Part shown: piece by piece, positions 33,585 to 46,300 of the stretch | Layout: each line of letters begins with the position of its first letter | Numbering within the stretch: position 1 is the stretch's first letter | From: Hydrurus foetidus | Taxonomy: Eukaryota | NCBI GenBank assembly: GCA_900617105.1 | Contig: UYFQ01000604.1 | Coordinates: forward strand, 1 to 55,776 | DNA length: 55,776 nt | Reading direction: 5' to 3' | Program-made: the position numbers and the translations under genes | Notes under the pieces: model-generated | Told to the model about the DNA's origin: nothing | Database searches by the model: none | What the model saw: the letters and a program-made list of their open reading frames with translations, nothing else

Positions 33585-36500
33585 CATGATTATTATTACT
33601 ACTACTATTATTATCACTGTTATCATCTTTAATACGATCGCTTTTCAAATAAGCAGGACTTAATCTGGAATCCAAAGGTGCAAGATCCTTGGCAAGAAGA
33701 TCTTTTCTCCTTTTCAAATTTATCTCCGCTTGTTTCTCCACATATTCCAAACAATGCAGAGACCGTATGCCGGATATTTCCGCGCCACTTACGGCCATTT
33801 CCGGTATAATGTGTTCGTGGACATTCATACCTAAAATATTTGAGTGCGTAAATGAATTAAATCAGTTATAGCAGTTGTGTAGTATTCTGAATGATTCAAA
33901 TTATTTGTGTATCTTTTTTTGTGTCTCTAAAATTATTCTTATTTTCTCTTATTTTTTCTATCTTAGTCTTCAGTATAAACAGCACCTACACTACATCTTT
34001 ATCGATCGTGACAAATGTGCTGATGTATTCCTCCTATCGGCAAGGTCATGCAAACATAGTACACACATCTATTCTTAAGTGCGTCATTAGCGGATCAATA
34101 AAGACCAGTTATGTTACATTTTACCACAGTAACAAAACCAAATTACGGTGACAAATTGTATTCAAAAATTGAAATACATAAATTCTGGTAGTATAATCTC
34201 TCCCTCTCACCTTTTGCCAAAGAAATGGAATTACCATCTAATTTTAGGAATTCTGGAGCAATGTATTTTGTTCTTTCAATTTTTGCTTTCGACAAAATTT
34301 CAGCGTCTTTTATTACAAGATTTTTATTTCCCATTCCGCCTTTTTCAGATTTTCGATTTTTTTCTACTGGCAAATCAACAACATCTAATTTGTTCATTTT
34401 AGAAATATCATTTTCAATTTCAGGAATATTCATAATACGTCTCGGAGTATGAATAATTGTAAATTTTGAAATTATGAAATCTAATTCTCTTTGCAATATT
34501 AACCCCTCCGAATTTTGTTTTTTCACCACTACCTCATTCACTACCTTGTTTATTATCGCTGCATTCAAATTGCAGCTTTTTCTGATTACTGTTGAATACA
34601 AAGTAAGGCAATGAAACAAAAACAATTAGACATGAATGAAGTTTTAATGACTTTAGACGATTTCAATATTAGGGATTGCAATGGATAAACTATCACTTCA
34701 GAATTTTCATGACGCCCAATCGTATGATAGCATCCAGTGAGATGTCGTATCTGAATCATCTTATATTCCTTGCTGTATAACAAGTACAACGAATAGAGAT
34801 GTGATGGGAGGTTACATTTAAAATATGAAAATATAATCGTACGTGTGCTTGCAATATGACATCAAGTGAAGGAACATATGAACCATCCCATCTCCTTATC
34901 CTCCTATATCGCGTAGAAAACACGTCTGAGAATATCGGATTTTCGTCAGTAATCGTTAAATGGACTAACGTTACTGACGAAAATCCGTTATTCTCAGATG
35001 TGTTTTCTACGCGATATAGGAGGATAAGGAGAGAGGATGATTCATATGTGCCTTCACTTGATGTCATATTGCAAGCACACGTACGATAAAATTTGCACAT
35101 CTAAAATGTTACCTTACCTTACCTTACTTCACAACACATCACATCACATCACATCACATCACATCACATCACATCACATCACATCACATCACATCACATC
35201 ACATCACATCACAACATATCACATCATATCCCATCCCATCCCATCCCATCCCATCCCATCCCATCCCATCACAACACATCACATCACATCTCATCATATC
35301 ACATCACATCAAATCACATCACATCACATCATATCCCATCTCATCACATCACATCATATCACATCACATCACGTTATCTCAACTAAAAGGGAAAAGCTGT
35401 ATAAAGCAAAACAGTCATCAAAGATTTTTGATGCAGATTCAGAAGAATTAACCCTACAACCCTCAATTAATAAATCTAATAAGTAGGAAATTAATGCAAC
35501 TTTCAGTAGTTTACCAAACTTTTCACTCACATGTTTGCACAAAAACCGTAAAAAATGAGGAAAACATTTAAGAAATGAAAGTTTTGATATCTTCAAACAC
35601 GAAAATTATTTTGTGAAGTGAGGATTTTTGGACAGAAATGTGACTATTGTTGAGGTCAAAATAACAAATATTCTCACGGATTTCTCGAAGCACATTTGAT
35701 GAAGATATCAAGTATCAAACGTCACTCTAAGCGATCATTTTTGAGTACGAAAATACGACAATCCTGTTTGGTTGTGACTTCGACAATACCGTACCTGGAT
35801 TTAATAGTCGGTCAACACGGCCAAAATCATCCGGTATAATGGGCAGTTTATTTGAGATTTCATTTTTTTCAAATTCTTCAAATGCTCTCAATATTTGGAC
35901 ATTATTTTTGTCCAATGCAATTTCTTTCGCCGTGAATCCTGTCAATTATAATGGACCATTGCGGTACATTTTAAATCAATTTCAAATATTTTTACGGTGT
36001 TCGTAACGATGATTGAAATTGAGCATGTTCAAGTTGTTTTAAAGTTTGATTGAAAAATGAATAAATGCGAAGACGGTGAATAGATGAGAAAGAAAGAGGA
36101 TAGAAAAAAAAAAAGTTAAAAATGAGAGAGTAAGAACGACAGAAACTAACAGCAATCGGGAAAGAAAGATGAGGATTAATAGAGATATAAGGCTTTCGTT
36201 TTAAACGGGAAAAGTTAACGTGAATCCGGCAAAATCTAAAACTAATTCAGCAGTACAATGTACAAAAAAATCTAGGAGTACGGGATAAAAAAGAAATCAA
36301 TACAAGAATGATTCATAGAACGTATGTATTTACATGCGTACCATCTTTCGATAGAATGGATCTATCCACACCGAATAGAAGCAGAGTGTAGCATATGCGA
36401 TGGGCACTTCTGATGGGACAGTCGAGGGCTGCAAGGTGAAGGGCAGTGTAGCCTGATAGAGAGGGAAAGAGAGGAGAGTGGATTGGAGGTGCGGTGATGT

Positions 36501-38064
36501 GAGGGAAGGGAACGAAGGGAAAGGTAGAGAGGGGAAGGGAAAGGAACATGCAGTGAAAAAATGCAATCGGAAACACATCTGCATGCTATGCGATTCTACC
36601 TTTGGCTGATTGGAGGTCGATTGAAGATGTTTTTATTCCATCACTCCGAACGCCTTTAGAGCCATTTGCTGCATAAGGAAAATCGAAGTTGAAGTTGAAG
36701 TTTGAAAGATAATGACTCACTGCATAATTATACCGGAACATAATACTCCATTTGATAATCCTTAAGAAAAACCTTAAGCTGTTAGTCGCTCAAGGCTACT
36801 CAAAAAGAAATAATGTTACACATAAAATCGAGATTTAGACAGGACCGATGCTTCCGATATGAAATGAGGCGGTAGAGAGCGGTACAAACATTGAGTTATT
36901 TACCTAGAAGAATTGTGGTGCAATCGACATGTCCGTTCCAGACTGCACGGAAATAATTTAATTATTAGATAGATAAACAATAAATCAATTAAACAAATAA
37001 GTAAGTAAGGAATGAAAGAATCCGCCAACTAAATAATCAAATGCTTGAAGAATTCATTGAAAAAAGAACTGACTAATTAAAGAATTCAGTAATCAAACCA
37101 GGTAAGTGAGTTTACAATCGGAGAGTTCTAAGGAAATAGCGAGGCTCGCGTCCTAGGAATGAATTGATTTTATTTGATTTTATTCATTTCAATGCTGGGC
37201 CCAGACCACCACACGGCAAAAAACGACAATGCACACAATTTTTTAAGTTCTTTTTCGAGTTTACATTCTTCGAAAGAATGAGGTGTGCATGTATGTACGT
37301 ATGTGTGTGTATGTGCTTGTGTGTGTGTGCGCGTGTTGTCGTTTACAGCTGTGTGGTGGTCTGGGTCCAGCATTAAAATGAATCAAATCAAATCAGATCA
37401 TCGATAAAACACGAGCCTTGACTTCCCAGAATAGATGGTGTTATAACTAAAACTGTAATAGCTCGCGTCAATATCAATATGCTAATCTATCCCTTTGTTG
37501 AACCTGTGCCCATCTTAGTGTCAATACATGTAGATACAGATATGCACCAATCCATCTTTTCTAATAATCAACAGAATGTCTCTGAGGGAATACACCATTT
37601 TGTCAAAGTTCAAAAAATCGATCAATGACATCCAACATCAGCAAGCAAAATTCGCCACCGCAAAAGATTTCTCGCTCCGAAGAACAAGATGCAATTCTGC
37701 GAGTCTCGTCGTAAATTGGGAGCTTGAGATTCAATTTGAATCATCTTCATTCCCAAAATGAGTCTAGTGAATCACATGCAAGATTTCAGTGAGAAACATA
37801 ATGATGTCAATCTCAGTCGTCCATTTTATTGCTACGGTCAGCGTAGCTGGATTGAAATCTACAGTGAGAGTCTCCAGAATTCTATATTGGCATCCTCCTT
37901 GGCGTCCATTTAGAATGCACAAACTCACCAGCGTACATCAGAGGAGAGAGGCCATACTGATCTGTAGAGCAGGGATTTCCTTTGCCCTTTAGGATTGACT
38001 TTATGACTTCTATGTCACCAATAGTGGCGGCCTCTCGCAATTTATCCCCCATCGATGACTGCAT
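33226..38064 (-). CDS. Ankyrin-repeat protein, multi-exon (3' exon boundaries approximate)
   Basis: Exons splice to give LREAATIGD.., YGLSPLMYA|VWNGHVDC.., KG|YTALHLAA.., DG|FTAKEIA. Later exons lie near 35400, 34600-34150 and 33830-33226 (poly-Asn). Confidence 0.78.
34809..35114. repeat. Long near-perfect palindrome / foldback element (intronic)
   Basis: Arms of about 145 bp around a ~9-nt loop near 34960. The core ~120 bp differs by only a handful of substitutions. Confidence 0.92.
35134..35371. repeat. (CATCA)n/(CATCC)n pentanucleotide microsatellite
   Basis: Directly visible. Confidence 0.95.
35645..35788. mobile_element. 144-bp MITE family B, copy 2
   Basis: Termini TATTGTTGAGGTCA...TGACTTCGACAATA. 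Homologous to 26023-26166. Confidence 0.8.
37139..37421. mobile_element. MITE/foldback element family A, copy 2 (ankyrin gene intron 1)
   Basis: Inverted arms AATGCTGGGCCCAGACCACCACAC / GTGTGGTGGTCTGGGTCCAGCATT with ends AGGCTCG...CGAGCCT. Shares TTGTCGTTTA, GGGTCCAG, GCATTAAA and GCCTTGA with copy 1. Confidence 0.72.
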
Positions 38065-38822
38065 GACTTTCGCCCCCTTCTGCTCCCGGTAATGCCGTTA
38101 CTGAGCGGAAAGATTGATCAATAGATGCAGCATGGCACCTCTAATCCGATGCTTGAGAGGCTGCAGCCAGGCAAATAACTTGGCTGAAACACGTCTTATT
38201 GTGAGTTGTGCTGTCAATCCAATCAGACTGGATGAAACATGAAAGATTGGAGATTGTCCGTATCTATCCGGTAAGTCCGGTATATTCTACCTTTGGCACG
38301 TTAAATACTCCGTACTTCACGGGTACACGGCTTTTTCATGTCTTGCACGTCATTAATCGCTAATTTGTCGTCCAAATGGCCTTATTTTAAATCACATCAA
38401 CTTCATCATATCATCACCTCCTGTAACCAGTAAGCTTAGTTCAAGCAAAATCTGCGTCATCCGTGAAGTTCTCAACTTTTCCCCTTCACGGCTTCTACAG
38501 CTTTACAGACCCTTAAGTCTCAAACACTCAATTCCCGGTTGAAAAAATAAATATTTATAGCTAAAGTATTCCACAAACGCGTCATACAATAAGAAATAAG
38601 ATTACGTCACATATTACCAAATAAGTCAATGAAGTGAAAATTCACAAAAAGGAAAAGACTGTCTGAACAATTCAATACAAAAAGAAAGAAAAATCTTAAT
38701 TGCCATATAAAAAATCAAGAAATTCTTCATTTCAGAAATTTCCCATCTATAATTTCCCAAAATGTAGCGTCAAAGAGGAGGCACATCTGTGGCAGAATAA
38801 AATATCACGAGATGTCAAGTTC

Positions 38823-41800
38823 CTAGTGTCTAAAGTGACACTCAGGATTCGTCTCCGGGTAAGGATCTGCGCAATCATATTCTCCTTGTGTAAAGTGAGT
38901 GGAGGGGCTAGGGTTTAGGGTCTGAAATACGGAATACAGAAAAGTTGGAGATCTAGGAACATAGACAGTACCGTGAGGCTTTTTTTGAGACATTCGTCTC
39001 TCTGTCTTTCCAGCATACCCGCATTTGCCCTCAAAGATGCGCCTGCATACAGAATACGGAATGCGGAATAATATAAAGGTTGTCTTCTCATATTCGTATA
39101 GCGTACAATGGTAAATCAAACTTTCTCTTCGTGATGACCAAACCATTATATACTCTACAATCGTTCACTTTGATCGCGTCGGGGAGAGCACAATAATACG
39201 GATTGAGAGAGAGGCGAGTAATGCAAAGGTAATACGGAATACAGAAAGCTGCCGAAAGGAGGTGTAAGCAGGAAGGCAAGGGGCAGTGCGATGCTGTGAG
39301 GTAACAACTTGTGAGTAAAGCTGAGTGCGCTGATGAAGATAAGTGGGAAGTGTTAGATTGTAAAGTGTGATTGTTTTGCGATGGATCGAGATTGTAAGCA
39401 ACTCCCACAATTCATCTTACTCGATAGCACATTTCATGAAATGAAACTCATCACACTGAACGGCACAACATTACACTACATCGCACCATATCACAACTCA
39501 TTATTGTCACATCAGACCACATCTCACCTCACCTCACCACATTACATCACACCGTACCACATTATCATCACATCACATCACATCACATCACATCACATCA
39601 CATCACATCACATCACATCACATCACATCACATCACATCACATCACATCACATCACATCACATCACATCACATCACATCACATCACATCACATCACATCA
39701 CATCACATCACATCACACTACACCTCACCACACGACATCACACCATACATTTTCATATATATCACATAAGCATCACATCACATACATTACATTACATTGC
39801 ATTATATTAGACAGACATATTACATTACATTACATTATATTGCATTTATTGCATTACATTACATTACATTACATTGTATTGGCATTACATTACATTACAT
39901 TGCATTACATTACATTACAGACATTACATTACATTACATTACATCACATTGCAGGACAGACAGATATATTACATTACATTACATTACATTACATTACATT
40001 ACATTATATTATATTCATCATTATATTACATTGCATTACATTACATTACATTACACAGACATTACAGACATTACAGACATTATCATTACATTACATTACA
40101 TTACACAGACAGACAGACACAGATCACATCACATCACATCACATCACATCACATCACATCACATCACATCACATCACATCACATCACATCACATCACATC
40201 ACATCACATCACATCACATCACATCACATCACATCACATCACATCACATCACATCACATCACATCACATCACATCACATCACATCACATCACACACACTA
40301 CACCTCACCACATCACACCACACATTACCACATCACACCTCACCACACCACAAAACTGACCTGTTGCACTGTCAATTTCGAAATTTCCGGCCAAAAGAAG
40401 AAGGCCCTGTGCCGCAGCATGCAGGGTAACGGCAGACACGGCCACGGCTTTTTGACAAGGATACGTATTCCGTATAAATTGTGCAGTCTACAAGTGGGAG
40501 AAGTTGAAGAGAACAGAAGAAAGGTGAAAGGTGAAAGGGTGAAAGGAAAGGAGAAAGAAAAAAGAAAAGAATAAGAATAAGAAAAGAAGGCAGCCAAAAA
40601 GTTAAAATAGGTAAAGAAAGAGAATTAGTTAGGAGTCACAAGTAGAAGTGAAGACTGTGAAATTTCTTGGAGTCTTGTGATAGCACGACTCTATCGTGCA
40701 AGCCACTGGATGCATATAGATACAGAATGTGTGGAAGTACGATGTGATGTTGTACATGATACTGCAACACAGTGTAATGTAACGTTATGTTATGCAAGAG
40801 AAGAAACGAACGGCACTAAATATAGCCTAAAATAAAAACAAAATAGAAATGAAATAGTAATAAAATAGAAATAAAACAGATATGAAATTTAAAAAAGAAA
40901 AGAAAAGAAAATAATTTCTATTACTGTACTTCATACAATGCAATACGTTCTACTCACTCTTCTGATGGGCCGCAATAGAGCGGGTAGCGGAATTGCCTTG
41001 TAGACTTTCATACCAATTCCATCCCTAAGGGGCCAGGGACGATCAACGGAAATGCAGAATTCCTAGAAATGAAAAAAAAGAAGATCGACTTACTTCGCGA
41101 AATGGATGAAACTTATTAGATCGGATTAAAATGGAGCATGCTGAGAATGCGAGTGTGTGAGGGAGGGGGATAGGGGTCAGGATTCTGAACCAAAATTATC
41201 CAAATTTGTACCGAATTAATGCTATTTGCTTTATCGATAGTTAACATCCAACTCAAAAATACCATGATCCGTAATTTAAATGACAATTGGAATACCAGCG
41301 TTGTTAGCGATGTCCTGAAAATGATTCTATCAGATTGTAAGTGCATCTGATGTATCACTGTATCTGCATCACTGTATGTGAGTCGGTGTAAGTGTGCATG
41401 TGTGGAAGTATGATTGGATGCACATTCGAGTATGAGTGTGCGTGTGTGTGTGTGTGTGTGTGAGTGTGAGTCAGGGTGACTACGTCTGTCTTCGCGCGTA
41501 CGTGTATGAGGAGAGGGGTGAATGTGTATCTAAAAGTGTATTTATACAGGTATGTACGTAAGTATGTAGGTATGCAAGTGTATTTATACAGGTATGTACG
41601 TAAGTATGTAGGTATGCATACACATGTATGTAGCTAAGTATCTTACCGTGTGTTGTATTTCAGTGTATTTCTTCGAATACATCGCGTCCTCACTGTCACT
41701 GTCACTGTCAGAATCACTATCGCCATCACTCTCTGTCCCACTGCTATCATCTTCTGAGTCCTTCTCTACCTCACTCTCCACCTCACTCTCATCATCATCA

Positions 41801-42283
41801 CTCTCTCCCTCTTTCCTCTCTTGACCACTCCTTCTCCCTTTTCTTCCTCCTCTTTTATTTTTTCCATCTGAACTAACTTCGGGCGATACTTTATTGGTAC
41901 TATTAAAAATATTCTCGCCTATATTTGTCACTTTCTTTTTTCTACTTGGGGCATAGAGAGCGTAATCATTTGATAAAGTGTCATTTTGTGAATTACCATA
42001 ACTTTCTCGTTCACTTTTTCTAAGCTTTGATTTTTTGTAATCTTTTTTTTTCTTCATTAAATATTTGTCGAGTTGATTAAATTTTGTTATCATTTCATCT
42101 CCTGTTTTTGGTGCTGTTTTCATTATTTTTAGTCTTACATTCTCTATCATTATTTCGTCCCCTTCTTTTAGATAATCTCTCCACCTCACTTGACTATAAT
42201 GACTTTGAGTGTAATCATTACGAGTTCGATTGCCATCTCCATTATCATCATTATTATTCTTATTATAGTTGTTATTATTATTC

Positions 42284-42329
<46 letters not shown>

Positions 42330-43364
42330 TATCATTATTATTATTATTATTATCATTCTTATTACTATTCTTATTATTATCATCATTACTATCATTAGCA
42401 TTTTTACCATACTTGTTATTTTCTACACCAGTATCTACGCCATCGCTTGTGTACTGCCTCTCTTCGATACCGTCTACATGTCTCCTCCCTTCAGCACCAA
42501 CTGCAATATCATCTTCGCCACACACACCCTCATAACTCCTGCCTCCATCAACTACACCCCAACCATCATACACACAATTATTATCACCATCAAAGTCAGG
42601 CAATAAAAGAGTTCTTCCTCGGAAGACACTAACTCGAAAAGGAAGAAGAACTCCTTTTTTTCTTTTTTCAATTATCATTTTCTCAAGTTTTCTTGGTCCT
42701 TGGAAAGACTGATTTTCGTCAATTTTCTTTTTTAAATCAGTACGATTTAATTCCACCTGAAAGTTCGGTGTAAATGTTATTACTAGATATAAGAATATGA
42801 TGCGGGAAAATTAGATTTGATGGCGTTTGATTATAATTGCTGGTCGTTGTAGTGCGTGCTGAAGAAGGATTAATTCAGAAATGAGGTGCTACATAAATAA
42901 ATTATACATTTTTGCAGATATGATTAAATGACAAGCAGACCTACGCATGCATACAGCACACATACGTGCATGCATACAAAAACCAATCAACCAACCGACC
43001 AACCAACCAACCAAACAAACAAAAACAAACAAACAAACAAACGAACACATTGCAAGAATATAATGTAAGAAAAATCGTGTAAAAAACAATTCGTAAGACA
43101 TAAGTGTAACACGCATAGTGTAACAAACAAAGTGTAACACTTTTCTTACCCTCGAGATAGCAGCCGTCTCAGATTCCAAACACAGGTCCAGGGATTTTTG
43201 GTACCTCTCCACCTTGATGTTAGATGTCACCCCTGGAGACGACTCAGATCGGGCCTAGTACGAGTGCACGAGTGGAATGAGGGTGTGTAGTGCAATGGTG
43301 TAAGGAAGGATGGGGATGCATGAAGGATGTGAAGTATGCAAGGATGGTGATGGATGGATGTATG

Positions 43365-43398
<34 letters not shown>

Positions 43399-46300
43399 TG
43401 TATGTAGGTATGTATGTATGTATGTATGTATGTATGTATGTATGTATGTATGTAGGGGTGTGTGGTGAAGGGATGTAAGTGTCGTGAGTCAGTGATCTCG
43501 AGCTAGCAATCGTGAAGTGAAGAGAAATATGAGCAGTTATGAAAGCCAAAAAGTACACAAGTTAGTAAGTGAGCAAGTGAGATAGTAATTACAAGTAACT
43601 CATTCATACTGCAAGTGAGCAGATGAAAAGAGAGGTAGCGAGCAAGTAAAATGGATCTGCACTTTTGTTCAGAACTCTAACCCTGACCCCCCTCCTCCAT
43701 TCACAATTCCTCCATAGTAGTCCAATTTGATACTGAGAGCTTGAAATTGTGACTTTATGTGATAATTTCGATAAATTTAGCACTGCAGAGGGTTGTTTTG
43801 TTTTGACCCTTTTATATCATTCGATAAGTGTGTTTCATAATCATGTTTACCTGTTGTAATCCCAGCTCTGCTCTTTCACTTATCGCATTTGCCGTTTTTA
43901 ATTGTCCTTCACTCACTAGTAATTTTCTTTCAGCGTCCAATATTTTTGCCTCCATAAAATATGCTTTATTTTTTTTCCTGATAAATTGAATATTTCCTCT
44001 AAAAAAATTAAAAATTCTGGCCCGTGCATTTTTTTACAAATTTCCTTCGCTTTCTTTCTGATTTGATCTTCCGAAATTGGGATGTTGCGAAATTCTAAAC
44101 ATGTAGTAAAGCGGGAGAACGAGTTTCTTTCTTTTTCTTTCCGTTGAAAATCTTGTGAATTAGATGGTATTTCAGATTTCGTTTTTTGGCTGACGATTTT
44201 AAATTTCTGCAATCTTTTTTTCAGTTTCATGTCGAGCAGTACTTGTTTCGCATGTTGTGTATGAATTTCTTGCTCTTTCTGGAATTCACAGGCCATGGTC
44301 CACTGTTTGCCAATGCACTCTAATGTATAAAAGTGTACGAAAATTAAAAAAGTGCTGAGGAGGTGGATTAATAATGAAGTAAATAAATGTATGAGTTCAC
44401 GCTCGTAAAGAATAAAACGAATAGTTCGAATTTGTGATAGAATGGAGATGAAATGTCACAAGGAATATAAGAGAAGAGGGGAAAAAGAAAAGGAAAGAAA
44501 TCCTCTCAACGCTTGACGGTAAAATAACAAGACCGTGCAAAAAGCGATCACTCGAACTAACAAATTTGTAATCAAATAAATGGATAGATAATCAAGAAAT
44601 GAAACAAGAAAAGGAACAAGAAATGGATGAAAAAAGTAAATACGTAATCTACTACATCTACCAAGAAACTTGTTTTGTTTTTTATCGTAAATAAATGACT
44701 AAATTTGGCCGATTGTTACCGGAAATTACGGCATGTGCGTATTTTGGATATTGTTTGAAAATTCTTTCGCAAGGAGTGTCGGATATAAGAATTGGCGCAA
44801 ATCCGAAAAAATCCAAGAAACCGTATAAAAAAGTATCACGGATTTCGTTTTCAAGCAGACGAATAGTGTAGTATGTTTTTCTTTCAGTTATGAATTCACT
44901 GAATTTCTTTCTGTTGACGAATCCTCTGTATACGCGTTGTATCGTGATGACGCTGCACTCTTCTTTTTTGTGTTGAAGTTCAGCAACCCTGAGAGGACGA
45001 GCAGTGAGGAGAGAAAGAGGGAAGGAGAGTGGAGAGGCGAGTGAGAAGAGAAGGACGAGTAAAAGAGTGAGGAGAGGATGATTGAGGAGAGTAGAGGGGA
45101 GGAGGGAGAAGAGGAGGGGAGGAGAGGAGAGTGAGATGATCAGTGCGAGGAAGAGGGGAGGAGGGAGGAGAGGGGAGGAGAGAAAAGAGGAAGAGAGAGA
45201 AGAGAGAAGAGGAGAAGAAAGGAGAGGGGTGGAGAGGAGAGGTGAGAATGAGAGAGAGAGAACGAGAGAAAAGGAGAGGGAGTGAGGGAGAGGGAAGGAG
45301 AAGTGGATAGAAGAGAGGATAATGTATGTCACGTATTTCACACATGTGTTCCGTATTCAATGTTCGTACATTGCGTGTGGTATACATTTCACGCATTTCA
45401 CGCACATGTTACGTTCTTGTCGGATGGAAAGGACTGTGGTGAGATAATGCATTTTCTTGGTAAAAAACTTTACTATCTTGAAAGTTGGTAATTCGCAAAA
45501 AAAAAGAATAGTTAAAAACAAATTTTGTAAACAACTAATGTACTGTCCGTCATTTAAATCTTTTCAAAAGTAAAAAGTAAAATAGTTAATTGATGAACCA
45601 CTAAGACTAATACCACCCCTCTACCACTGCCTTTACCACTACCTCTATCACTACTTTCAACACTACCTTTTTTTATAAAAGAATTGCATCGCCTTGAGCG
45701 ATTCTTTGTGATCTAATTTGGACTTCAATTTCCTTGCAGCCAAACCACGAAAGGTGATTCTTTCCACAGGAGATAAATATACTGTTTTTCCGGCATAACC
45801 GTTAGTTTTAGCGGCGTAATTTATGTAGTAGTTAGGATCACCGAAATAATATTTATGACATGCCAGACATAGGTTATTGAGGACTTTTTTATTGTCCAAA
45901 TTTGATACCGTTTCTAAACTTGGATTTACATTTTCATTGAAAATTTCAATTTCGTTCTCACTTTCATTTTCGTTTTTATTTTCAAGAATCGTTTTACTCT
46001 GTTTTTGTAAAATGTGAACATCTTGTGCTGTGTCTGTACGTCTGTATTGCGCAGTACGTACATAACAAGAGTCACAAGCATCACCTATAAAGTACGTAAT
46101 GTAAGTTATTTAGTGCTACATTACACTGATCAGTGGCGACAGTTATAGGAATCAGTACACGGTAACGAACTTACCACAGATAAGTATGAATGATAAGATC
46201 AAATAATACTGTAGTTAATAAATCACTGCATGAAACTTTACATAAAAAATGGAATGAATAATAAAAAATACTACAGAATCAAAAAGCAGAAAAATAAATA

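Noticed and set aside
38905..38922. Telomere-like TAGGGTTTAGGG
   Set aside because: Fewer than two full units; expected by chance.
39381..40574. Long His/Ile/Thr/Ser-rich ORFs (also 35037-35486 and 46573-47073)
   Set aside because: Translations of pentanucleotide microsatellites in introns of minus-strand genes.
42084..42606. Poly-Ile/Tyr/Leu ORFs (also 33429-33663)
   Set aside because: Alternate frames or antisense of (AAT)n poly-Asn coding tracts.
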